From Ignavibacteria bacterium (GTDB lineage Bacteria; Bacteroidota; Ignavibacteria; UBA10030), in contig VGWB01000002.1 of NCBI GenBank assembly GCA_016873755.1, positions 1 through 48,606 of the forward strand: a stretch of DNA of 48,606 nucleotides. The letters run 5' to 3'. The notes under the pieces were generated by a model. The model did not search any database. It was not told the origin of the DNA and saw only the letters and a list, made by a program, of their open reading frames with translations. Below, one piece after another: positions 18,040 through 26,472 of the stretch (its first letter is position 1; each line of letters starts with the position of its first letter). Position numbers and translations under genes: made by a program.

Positions 18040-19419
18040 ATGGATACTCGTCAACTACAGTTGTGCAACGACATCGTCAAGAAGCACAAGATCGAGATGA
18101 TCGATCTGAAATGCATCGACCTCACCGGCTACCTTCATCATATCTCCCTCCCCGTGTTTCCCAACATCTTGAGTAAGCTTGTGACCGAGGGTATCGGCTT
18201 CGACGGCTCCAGCTACGGATTCCGTAAGGTCGAGAACAGCGATATGATCCTCGTTCCGGATCTCAGCACTGCGGTCATTGATCCCTTCCGGACCGAGGCG
18301 ACGCTGAGCTTCTATGCCCACATCCTGCTCACCGATGAGAAGAGGACACCTTTCTCACAGGACGGACGGCAACTGGCAAAGAGAGCCGAGCAGGTCATGA
18401 AGAAAACGATCGGCGCGGACAAGTCTTGGTGGGGACCGGAGTTCGAGTTCTACATCTTCTCAAAGGTCCGTTTCGATACCCGCACCTCCTCATCGTTCTA
18501 TGAAGTCGAGCACGCGGAGGAATTCTTCAAAAGCGCGTATCACGCTGCGAACCCGTTCGACGTGTATGACGACTTTCGCGATGAAGCTTGCAAGCTGCTG
18601 AAGCAATTTGGAATCAATGTAAAGTATCATCATCACGAAAGCGGTGAGCGCGGGCAGCAGGAGATCGAGACGTACTTCAATGACCTCCTGACGAGCGCCG
18701 ACAACATCGTCACAGCGAAATATGTCCTGTTCAACTTCGCCCGCCAGAAGGATCTCTACGTCACGTTTATGCCGAAGCCGATGTATCAGCAATCAGGCAA
18801 CGGTTTGCACCTGCATTTGTATTTGACGAAGAACAGAACCAATCTCTTCTACAAAAGGGGCCAGTACGCAAACCTGAGCAGATTGGCGCTGTGCTTCATC
18901 GGTGGGCTCCTTAAGCACGGCGCCGCCCTGTCTGCGTTCACCAATCCCAGCACGAACTCGTACAAGCGGCTTGTGCCGGGATTTGAGGCACCTGTCGCTC
19001 TGACCTACGGCATGGGCAATCGATCATCCGCGGTTCGGATTCCCAAGTACATCAACAACCCTGATGAGACGCGGTTCGAATACCGCCCTCCCGACGCGAC
19101 GGCAAACCCCTATCTCTGCCTCACCGCCATGATGCTCGCCGGCATCGACGGCGTCTTGAACAAAATTGATCCCGTCAAGGAAGGATTCGGTCCAATAGAC
19201 GGAAACGTGGAACACCTCGGAACGGACCAGGTTCGTTTCCTCCCTCGCAACCTCGAGGAGGCCCTCGATGCCCTCGCTCTCGACAGCCAGTTCCTCCGCA
19301 GGGATGGGATGTTCTCGGATGAATTGCTTGATCAGTGGGTAAAGATCAAGAAAGAAGAGATCAAATCGATCGGGACGATGCCGCACCCATTTGAGTACAA
19401 GCAGTATTTCAATCTCTGA
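18040..19419 (+). CDS. glnA: Glutamine synthetase, type I-like
   Basis: 459 aa. Beta-grasp N-domain (DLKCIDLTGYLHHISLP). Catalytic-domain motifs GPEFEFYIF, KYHHHESGERGQQEI, NGLHLHL, NSYKRLVPGFEAP and RIPK. Confidence 0.9.
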   Translation: MDTRQLQLCNDIVKKHKIEMIDLKCIDLTGYLHHISLPVFPNILSKLVTEGIGFDGSSYGFRKVENSDMILVPDLSTAVIDPFRTEATLSFYAHILLTDEKRTPFSQDGRQLAKRAEQVMKKTIGADKSWWGPEFEFYIFSKVRFDTRTSSSFYEVEHAEEFFKSAYHAANPFDVYDDFRDEACKLLKQFGINVKYHHHESGERGQQEIETYFNDLLTSADNIVTAKYVLFNFARQKDLYVTFMPKPMYQQSGNGLHLHLYLTKNRTNLFYKRGQYANLSRLALCFIGGLLKHGAALSAFTNPSTNSYKRLVPGFEAPVALTYGMGNRSSAVRIPKYINNPDETRFEYRPPDATANPYLCLTAMMLAGIDGVLNKIDPVKEGFGPIDGNVEHLGTDQVRFLPRNLEEALDALALDSQFLRRDGMFSDELLDQWVKIKKEEIKSIGTMPHPFEYKQYFNL

Positions 19420-19445
19420 GCATACAGCTCCATACACATGCTGGT

Positions 19446-19510
19446 AGAGCCGGACCTTGAGTCCGGCTTTTTTGTGTCGGTCAGGCTCCTTGAAAAGGGG
19501 CCTGATTTAG
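19446..19510 (+). terminator. Rho-independent terminator followed by a second hairpin
   Basis: AGCCGGAC-cttga-GTCCGGCT followed by TTTTTGTGT (19448-19476). Then TCAGGCTCC-ttgaaaa-GGGGCCTGA (19481-19505). Confidence 0.8.
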
Positions 19511-19551
19511 GTTACATTCGTGTCCAACGAACATAGCGCATTTCCTCAACC

Positions 19552-20241
19552 GTGTCGAATCCATTTCAGCTCTTCAGCTTTTCTCACTTCGTCATTATCG
19601 GGCTCATACCGGCGACTGCTGCTGCACTCGCATGGTGGTCCCGCCGAAGTGAGCGCCTCGCCCGGTACATCCGTTTCGGCCTCGGCACGATAGTGCTGAT
19701 CATTGAGCTTGCGTGGTATGCATACTATGTTCACCGCGGCTGGTTCACGTTTCCGTATAGCCTCCCGCTGCACCTGTGTGACCTTGTCCTCTGGCTTACG
19801 ATCTACACCTCCTTTACGCTCAAACCATGGTCATATGATCTCGTTTACTACTGGGGGCTCGCCGGCACGACGATGGCGGTCTTAACGCCGGATGTCTCAA
19901 CACCGGTGTTGTCGTATCTGACGCTCAGCTTCTTTGCAGCACATGGCGGCATCGTCACCACAATCCTGTTCTTGACATGGAGCAAGCAGATGCGGCCGCG
20001 CGCGGGCTCAATGTGGCGAGCTCTCCTTGCCCTGCATCTCTATGCCGGATTCGTCGGTCTCTTCAACATCATCTTCGATACGAACTATTTCTACATTTGC
20101 CAGAAGCCCGGGGAGGCTTCGTTACTGGACTATATGGGTCCATGGCCGGTCTACTTGCTTGTCGGCGATGTTCTGGGCCTGCTGTTCTTCTGGCTCCTTT
20201 CGCTCCCATTTCGGAGATCTCCACAGACGGTCCGCGGCTAG
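19552..20241 (+). CDS. Polytopic membrane protein, YwaF/TIGR02206 (TMEM164-like) family candidate
   Basis: 229 aa, GTG start, about 7 TM helices, LPLHLCD motif. Confidence 0.6.
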   Translation: MSNPFQLFSFSHFVIIGLIPATAAALAWWSRRSERLARYIRFGLGTIVLIIELAWYAYYVHRGWFTFPYSLPLHLCDLVLWLTIYTSFTLKPWSYDLVYYWGLAGTTMAVLTPDVSTPVLSYLTLSFFAAHGGIVTTILFLTWSKQMRPRAGSMWRALLALHLYAGFVGLFNIIFDTNYFYICQKPGEASLLDYMGPWPVYLLVGDVLGLLFFWLLSLPFRRSPQTVRG

Positions 20242-20292
20242 ATCACTTCATCATTCAACATTCAGTGTTCGGCGTTCAGGATTCGGAGAACT

Positions 20293-20527
20293 GATCGGTC
20301 ACACGAGTTTACCCATTTCACCGAGAGATCTAAAAAATTAAGTTGAGATATGAAACACAGACAAGAAACACACCCCTCAATCCCCTCTGCCTCTCACACA
20401 GGCATCCCACAGAGGGGACTTTTTGCGGCGGATTGTGCGGAGGATGTCCCCTCTCGTGCGCGGATTGGCGGGGTGAGAGAGGGGAGCAGGGGTGTGTTTT
20501 AAGATGGGTAAACTCGTGGATCGGTCA
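20293..20527. mobile_element. MITE-like non-autonomous element (217 bp) with target-site duplication
   Basis: Perfect 15-bp terminal inverted repeats CACGAGTTTACCCAT (20302-20316) and ATGGGTAAACTCGTG (20504-20518). They are flanked by the 9-bp direct repeat GATCGGTCA (20293-20301 and 20519-20527). The interior holds a 130-nt nested palindrome (20368-20497) and no plausible ORF. Confidence 0.6.
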
Positions 20528-20605
20528 GCATTGCATCCATAATCGAAATCACTTACTTTCTTCCCACTGAAGTGCGACCATCCACCGCAGACTGTTGGGA
20601 ACCGT

Positions 20606-21886
20606 ATGACCGTTGAGTCCTCTGCAACACTGGTGCGCGCCATCGGGCGCTGGAGCCTCGCAGCCCTCGTCATCAATTCGATCATCGGGAGCGGCGTCTT
20701 CGGCCTTCCTTCTGTGCTGGCCGGACTCTTAGGCACCGCAAGCCCATATGCCGTCCTCCTTGGCGCACTCGGCATCGGCATCATCATGGCATGCTTCGCT
20801 GAGGTCGGATCGCAGTTTCGCGATCCGGGAGGGCCCTACATCTACGCGCAGGCAACGTTCGGGAGATTCGCCGGTCTCGAAGTGGGGTGGTTGACGTGGC
20901 TAGTCCGCCTGACAGCATCGGCGGCCAACGCAAATCTGTTCGTCAATTACTTCGCCGAGTTCTGGCCCGCAGTCTCATCACCAGCCCCGCGCCTCGCCAT
21001 GCTGACGGCCATAATCGGCTTGCTTGCATATGTCAACTATCGCGGAGTTCGCAGCGGTACGACCACGAGCAACTTCTTCACGGCAGCAAAGCTCATTCCG
21101 CTGCTGATCTTCATATGCCTGGGTCTCGTCTTCCTGGCCGGATCTTCATCACCTCAACCGTCGGAACCTGCCCAGGTTGATTGGCTTAAGTCGGTCCTTC
21201 TTCTCGTCTTTGCCTACGGAGGATTCGAGGCTGCCCTGATGCCGACGGGGGAGGTCAAGAACCCGAGGCGTGATACACCGTTCGCTCTGTTCACCGCGCT
21301 CATCACGGTCACCGTGGTGTATGTCCTGGTCCAGGTCGTGGTTGTCGGAACACTCGCCGATCCCAACAGCACAAACAGACCTCTTGCGACGGCTGCACAC
21401 GTATTCATCGGCAGCGGGGGCGCTGCGTTCATTACGATCGGTGCGCTGATCTCGGTCTTTGGGTACATTTCGGCGGCAATGCTCAATGTGCCCCGACTCA
21501 CCTTCGCTTTTGCTGAACGGAAGGATTTCCCGAAGGCCTTCAGCCTTATCCATCCGAAATTCAGAACGCCCCACGTCTCCATCGCCGCATTTGCACTTCT
21601 TGTCTGGGCGCTTGCCGTCATCGGCAGTTTCGAATGGAACGCATCGATCTCCGCGGCTGCCCGTCTCCTCACATATGGTACCGTCTGCGCTGCCGTGCTT
21701 AAGCTTCGCAAAGATAAGCCCGACGCGGACGCATTTCGTCTTCCGGTGGGGAGAAGTATCGCTGTTCTCGGGATATTCGTCTCGCTCTTCCCTGTTTCCA
21801 CTATGGGCATGACGGAACTCATCGTGATTCTTTTGACGACGGCTATCGCGTTATCCCATTGGTTCGTGGTCCGAAAGATACGCTAG
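20606..21886 (+). CDS. APC-superfamily amino acid/polyamine permease
   Basis: 426 aa, about 12 TM helices, N-terminal SLAALVINSIIGSGVFGLPS signature. Confidence 0.9.
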   Translation: MTVESSATLVRAIGRWSLAALVINSIIGSGVFGLPSVLAGLLGTASPYAVLLGALGIGIIMACFAEVGSQFRDPGGPYIYAQATFGRFAGLEVGWLTWLVRLTASAANANLFVNYFAEFWPAVSSPAPRLAMLTAIIGLLAYVNYRGVRSGTTTSNFFTAAKLIPLLIFICLGLVFLAGSSSPQPSEPAQVDWLKSVLLLVFAYGGFEAALMPTGEVKNPRRDTPFALFTALITVTVVYVLVQVVVVGTLADPNSTNRPLATAAHVFIGSGGAAFITIGALISVFGYISAAMLNVPRLTFAFAERKDFPKAFSLIHPKFRTPHVSIAAFALLVWALAVIGSFEWNASISAAARLLTYGTVCAAVLKLRKDKPDADAFRLPVGRSIAVLGIFVSLFPVSTMGMTELIVILLTTAIALSHWFVVRKIR

Positions 21887-22052
21887 CCTCCCCAAATTTC
21901 GCAATGCATCCTGGACCGGCGTCGAGGGTAAGACGCGTGTAGTGCGGTTTTCTCTGCTCCTTGTAGCAACCACCGACATGCGACCGGCACTGGATAGTTG
22001 AAAGATTTCTCTTGCGGAACCTACGAGCTTTCGTGAAAAGGAGATAACCACC

Positions 22053-23789
22053 ATGAAACACAAGTTGCTTCTTCAACTCTTCCCTGCTTCTCTGATACTC
22101 TTATTTACGCTTTTCCCTTCAGCCACACGTTGTCAACTGCTTCTCTCCATCTCGTTCCCGAAAGAGCGCAGCACCGTGCCGCTCGATGGGCGCGTGCTGT
22201 TGATGATTTCAGCGGATAGCACTCGCGAGCCGCGATTTCAAATTAGCGACGGACCGACCACTCAGCAGATATTTGGGATCAACGTCGACGGCCTGAGGCC
22301 AGGCGAAGGGGCCATCGTCGATAGTAAAGCCTTCGGTTTCCCCAGGAGAAGTTTGCGGGATGTTCCGCGCGGCGAGTACTGGGTACAGGCGTTGCTTCAT
22401 AAGTACGAGACCTTTCGTCGCGCTGATGGGCACGTGGTCAGACTCCCAATGGACCGGGGAGAAGGCCAAAGATGGAATCGAGCGCCCGGCAACATCTACA
22501 GCGTTCCGAAGAAGATGCTCATCGATCCCGGGAGCTCGGAGACGATCAGCATCTCGCTCGATCAGGAGATCCCTCCCATCGATCCGCCCAAAGACACGAA
22601 GTATATCAAGCACGTCAAGATCAGAAGCGAAAAGCTCTCGAAATTCTGGGGACGAGATTTCTACCTCGGCGCGAACGTCCTGCTCCCCCACGGATGGGAA
22701 GAGCACCCCAACGCTCGTTTTCCGCTGATCGTGTACCAAGGACATTTCCCGTATACGTTCAGCGGTTTCAGGGAGACTCCACCCGATCCCAACCTGGAGC
22801 CCGAATACAGCGAGCGCTTCGGCGTGCAGGGGTACAACAGGATCGTGCAGGAGTACGCGTACAGGTTCTATCAAGATTGGACGGGGCCAAACTTTCCACG
22901 CTTCATCATAATGGAAATCCAACATGCCAATCCCTACTACGATGACTCGTACGCCGTCAACTCTGCGAACCTGGGGCCGTACGGTGATGCAATCATGTAC
23001 GAGTTGATTCCGTTCGTCGAAAGGAAATTCCGCGGAATCGGAGAAGGCTGGGCGCGCTTCACGTACGGCGGTTCGACGGGCGGATGGGAAGCCCTTGCCG
23101 TGCAGGTGTTCTATCCCGACGAGTTCAACGGCTGCTTTGCAGCCTGTCCGGACCCGATAGATTTCCGCGCCTATACCATTGTGAACATCTACGAGCACGA
23201 AAATGCCTACTACGTCGACAGCAAGTGGAAAAAGACTCCGCGTCCCGGCAAACGCAACTATCTCGGTGAAGTCAGCTCGACACTCGAAGAGATGAATCAT
23301 TACGAGCTCGTTCTCGGAACGAAGAGCCGCTCGGGGCAACAATGGGATATCTGGGAGGCGGTCTTCTCCCCTGTCGCCGAAGACGGATATCCGAAACCAA
23401 TCTGGCACAAGATGACTGGTAAAATTGATCGCTCCGTTGCTATGTACTGGCGCGAGAACTATGACCTGAGCTACATCCTGAAGCGCGATTGGGCGAAACT
23501 CGGACCGAAGCTTGAAGGGAAGATCCACATCTACTGCGGCGACATGGATAACTACTATCTCAACAACGCCGTCTACCTGATCGAGGAGTTCCTCAAGAAC
23601 ACAAAGAATCCTTTCTACGGTGGAGAGGTCGATTATGGCGACCGGGCGGAGCACTGCTGGAACGGTGACCACGCAAATCCAATCTGGATTTCGCGCCTCC
23701 GCTATCACCAGTTCTACGCACCGAAAATCGTCGATCGAATCGTCAAGACTGCGCCACCCGGTGCTGACACCTCCAGCTGGAGGTATTGA
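22053..23789 (+). CDS. Secreted esterase-like alpha/beta-fold protein
   Basis: 578 aa with a signal peptide and RBS AAAGGAG. YGGSTGGWEAL has a GxSxG-like nucleophile elbow. The 560-aa antisense ORF 22209-23891 is judged a shadow. Confidence 0.72.
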   Translation: MKHKLLLQLFPASLILLFTLFPSATRCQLLLSISFPKERSTVPLDGRVLLMISADSTREPRFQISDGPTTQQIFGINVDGLRPGEGAIVDSKAFGFPRRSLRDVPRGEYWVQALLHKYETFRRADGHVVRLPMDRGEGQRWNRAPGNIYSVPKKMLIDPGSSETISISLDQEIPPIDPPKDTKYIKHVKIRSEKLSKFWGRDFYLGANVLLPHGWEEHPNARFPLIVYQGHFPYTFSGFRETPPDPNLEPEYSERFGVQGYNRIVQEYAYRFYQDWTGPNFPRFIIMEIQHANPYYDDSYAVNSANLGPYGDAIMYELIPFVERKFRGIGEGWARFTYGGSTGGWEALAVQVFYPDEFNGCFAACPDPIDFRAYTIVNIYEHENAYYVDSKWKKTPRPGKRNYLGEVSSTLEEMNHYELVLGTKSRSGQQWDIWEAVFSPVAEDGYPKPIWHKMTGKIDRSVAMYWRENYDLSYILKRDWAKLGPKLEGKIHIYCGDMDNYYLNNAVYLIEEFLKNTKNPFYGGEVDYGDRAEHCWNGDHANPIWISRLRYHQFYAPKIVDRIVKTAPPGADTSSWRY

Positions 23790-23796
23790 GCCGACT

Positions 23797-23866
23797 GGAA
23801 ACCTTCCGACGGTTCCTCCGAATCCCAACAGCACCTTCGGAAGGTTCCAAGGGAACTTCCGTTCCC
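23797..23866. repeat. Intergenic palindromic element, copy 1
   Basis: AACCTTCCGA (23800-23809) pairs with TCGGAAGGTT (23837-23846). It contains two ACCTTC-N-GAAGGT-type sites, followed by a GGGAAC-ttcc-GTTCCC hairpin (23851-23866). Confidence 0.5.
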
Positions 23867-23923
23867 ACGCCGTCGTCCAAGTGAGAAACACCCAGTTGGC
23901 AATCCTTATATGAAAGGACGATC

Positions 23924-25282
23924 GTGAGAGCGTTGATCTTGTTGAGTGTCCTGTGTCTCTCGCTCACCCTTTGCCTGGCGCAGGAGAAGTCTGAATCAAT
24001 ACTTCCCGACACTCCTGAAGGGAAACTCGTCGTCACCTACCTGAAGGCATACAATTCCGGCGATGATCGGGCCGTGATGGAATTCTTTCGCAACAATGTC
24101 GCACCGGAGGCGTTGAGTCGGGCAAGCGCAGAGGAGCGTATGACGCGATATCGCCAATTGTACAACCGGCTTGGAGCGCTTGAGCTTCAAAGAGTGTTTG
24201 CGTCGCCAGACGGCTCGCTCCGGATCCTTGTGCGATCCGAGAAAGCAGGGTCCTTTGTCTTCGAGTTTGAGGTGGAGAGGACCCAACCGCACCGCATGGT
24301 TCGGCTGATGGTGGACCAGGCGGAGGATCAAAGCCTCTCCCTCTCGAGGAAGCGAAATCGCGCTGAACTCGTGCAAGCAGTCGAAGCTTTCATCGATTCA
24401 CTTGTTGCGGCGGACGAGTTCTCCGGCGTGGTTCTGATTGCGAAAAACGGGAGCGCGTTCTTCCACAAGGCGTACGGCTTCGCAGACAGGGAGCGTAAGA
24501 TCCTCAATCGTCCCGACACGAAGTTCAACCTCGGCTCGATCAACAAGAGCTTCACAAAAGTCGCGATCCATCAGCTTGCCGCGAAAGGAAGGCTCTCACT
24601 CGATGACCCGATCAAGAAGCATCTTCCGGACTATCCGAACCAAGATGCAGCAGAAAAGGTAAGGGTGAAACACCTGCTTGATATGACGTCCGGCATTGGT
24701 GACTTTTTCGGGGATCGCTACTTCGCGACACCAAAGGAAAAGATTAGAAGCATCAGAGATTATCTTCCTCTCTTCGCTGACAAGCCTCTCGAGTTTGCGC
24801 CCGGCACGGGACAGCGTTACTCGAACGGAGGGTACATCGTACTTGGTGCGATCGTCGAAGCAGTTACAGGAATTGACTACTACACGTTCGTGCGCGAGAA
24901 CATTTTCAAGCCCGCAGGCATGAACACGACCGAATCGTACGAGAAAGACAAGCCCGCCCCGAACCGCGCCCTCGGATATACAAGGCGTGGGGGCACATCC
25001 TGGCAAACTAACTACGAGACGCTTCCGGCGAAAGGCAGCTCGGCCGGAGGTGGCTATTCAATTGCGGAAGATATGTTGAGGTACACAATAGCACTGAAAG
25101 CAGGCGTCCTGTACCATCCTGACGCTGGAGGAGGGTTGGGTGTCGCCGGCGGCGCCCCCGGGATCAACGCGTTTCTTGATTGGGATCCTAGTGCAGATGA
25201 GGCGATTGTCGTGCTGGCAAACCTTGATCCTCCGGCCGCGGAAAGAGTTGCCCGCCGAATCCGCTTGTGGCTCCCTCGATAA
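23924..25282 (+). CDS. Serine hydrolase of the beta-lactamase/PBP (class C-like) family, secreted
   Basis: 452 aa, GTG start, signal peptide. SxxK motif in LGSINKSFTK and YSNGGY (YxN). Confidence 0.88.
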   Translation: MRALILLSVLCLSLTLCLAQEKSESILPDTPEGKLVVTYLKAYNSGDDRAVMEFFRNNVAPEALSRASAEERMTRYRQLYNRLGALELQRVFASPDGSLRILVRSEKAGSFVFEFEVERTQPHRMVRLMVDQAEDQSLSLSRKRNRAELVQAVEAFIDSLVAADEFSGVVLIAKNGSAFFHKAYGFADRERKILNRPDTKFNLGSINKSFTKVAIHQLAAKGRLSLDDPIKKHLPDYPNQDAAEKVRVKHLLDMTSGIGDFFGDRYFATPKEKIRSIRDYLPLFADKPLEFAPGTGQRYSNGGYIVLGAIVEAVTGIDYYTFVRENIFKPAGMNTTESYEKDKPAPNRALGYTRRGGTSWQTNYETLPAKGSSAGGGYSIAEDMLRYTIALKAGVLYHPDAGGGLGVAGGAPGINAFLDWDPSADEAIVVLANLDPPAAERVARRIRLWLPR

Positions 25283-25287
25283 TCGAA

Positions 25288-25333
25288 GACCTCCCGAAGG
25301 TTCTCCAGGATTTCATTCAGACCTTCGGAAGGT
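25288..25333. repeat. Intergenic palindromic element, copy 2
   Basis: ACCTCCCGAAGGT (25289-25301) pairs with ACCTTCGGAAGGT (25321-25333). It aligns with copy 1 over both arms. Confidence 0.5.
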
Positions 25334-25354
25334 TTCTAAATCCAATCCACCTGA

Positions 25355-25427
25355 ACGTTGGGAGGGAGTTCTACTCCCGACCTCCACCGGTCACGTTGGG
25401 AGGGAGCTATGCTCCCGACCTCCACCG
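25355..25427. repeat. Tandem repeat, 2 x 35 nt (38-nt period), each unit a G-rich/C-rich hairpin
   Basis: ACGTTGGGAGGGAG-nnnnn-CTCCCGACCTCCACCG occurs at 25355-25389 and 25393-25427. The units differ only at 3 loop positions. Confidence 0.75.
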
Positions 25428-26393
25428 CTAGACATGCCAAATGAAGTCGCGGTGGCGAAGGAAATACCTGATCTGCTCCACGCTCATCGCGGCCTTGCGC
25501 TGGACCGCCTCGCGGGAGTTGAAGGCGTTGTGGGGGGTGAGCAGAACGTTGGGGTGAGCAAGCAGATCGGTGATGATGCGTGTGGCGGGGGTTGATGTTG
25601 TTACCTCACTTCGCAGGCCCGTTGCGAGGTTCCCTTCATCCTCAAAGACATCCAGCCCGACTCCGTCGAGACGGCCCTCTCGTAACAGCCGTGTGAGGCC
25701 CTCCATCGACGCATGCTCGCCGCGGGCGATGTTCACGAAGATGCAACCCTTCTTTGCGGTCTTCAGCAATTCGTAGCTGAAGTACCCCCGGTTCTCGTCC
25801 GTCAGATTCATTGCACAGACGATGACATCCGCCCACGCGATTCCTTCCTGCTTCGAAACATAGGCGACGTCGGACTTGTTCGGCACGATATCGACGCCCT
25901 TCACCTCGAAACCCAACCCGCGGGCGATCCTCACAGTTTCTCCCCCAATCCTCCCGACACCGACAACCAGCAGATTCTTTCCGAGGCATTCCGAGCCCGT
26001 CAGTCCGTCCCGGTTAAAAGTCGGAAACTGCCTGATCTGCCGGGGAAGCTTCCTCAACAAGGAAATCGCAAGCAGAATCGCGTGTTCGGCTACAGCCCGC
26101 GTCGAATACTCTTCCAGGTATCCCAGCGGCAACACACTCTGGGTTTGCTTCCGATAGGCAATTAGGTGGTCATATCCTGTGCTGCGGCTGAGGATGCCGT
26201 CGAGCTTATCAGCCCATTCAATAGGGATCTTTGACTGCGTTCTGATGCTGATCAGTGGGGCTGGGGGCTGATTGTGTCCCATTTCCTGGATGGTCTTGCC
26301 CGTCAGGTCGTACGCCAATTCATCGCGCAGGATCGACCGCAAAGTTTCTGCTTCTTCTTCGAAGGCTTCGTAAAAGTAGATATTCATCATCAC
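25428..26393 (-). CDS. D-isomer-specific 2-hydroxyacid dehydrogenase (NAD-binding)
   Basis: 321 aa. LLVVGVGRIGGETVRIARGLGFEV (GxGxxG), a catalytic Arg in NIARG, and LTPHNAF (His). Confidence 0.9.
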   Translation of the reverse strand: MMMNIYFYEAFEEEAETLRSILRDELAYDLTGKTIQEMGHNQPPAPLISIRTQSKIPIEWADKLDGILSRSTGYDHLIAYRKQTQSVLPLGYLEEYSTRAVAEHAILLAISLLRKLPRQIRQFPTFNRDGLTGSECLGKNLLVVGVGRIGGETVRIARGLGFEVKGVDIVPNKSDVAYVSKQEGIAWADVIVCAMNLTDENRGYFSYELLKTAKKGCIFVNIARGEHASMEGLTRLLREGRLDGVGLDVFEDEGNLATGLRSEVTTSTPATRIITDLLAHPNVLLTPHNAFNSREAVQRKAAMSVEQIRYFLRHRDFIWHV

Positions 26394-26472
26394 TCTGATG
26401 CAATCCTAGATCCAGAGGTCCGGCGGCATCATTTTGTAGTATTCGTTAGCTCACGTGTCTCAGGCCTAGGAG

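Noticed and set aside
20343-20570. 75-aa ORF (and the 136-aa minus-strand ORF 20377-20787) inside or overlapping the MITE-like element
   Set aside because: The reading frames are generated by the inverted-repeat arms. The Cys/Gly/Arg-rich product has no RBS, and the minus-strand ORF runs antisense into the permease gene.
22209-23891. 560-aa stop-free ORF on the minus strand, antisense to the 578-aa secreted esterase-like gene
   Set aside because: The plus-strand ORF has an RBS, a signal peptide and a GxSxG-type motif. The antisense product is Arg/Val/Leu/Asp-rich with no motif and no RBS, which is typical of a shadow ORF in GC3-biased coding sequence.
23790-25333. Idea that the palindromes after two consecutive genes are integron attC sites and the genes are cassettes
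   Set aside because: No GTTRRRY/RYYYAAC core sites are present at the element ends. There is no intI or attI in the window, and the genes (452-578 aa) are much larger than typical cassettes.
25355-25427. Possible CRISPR array
   Set aside because: There are only two repeat units, separated by 3 nt. There are no spacers and no cas genes.
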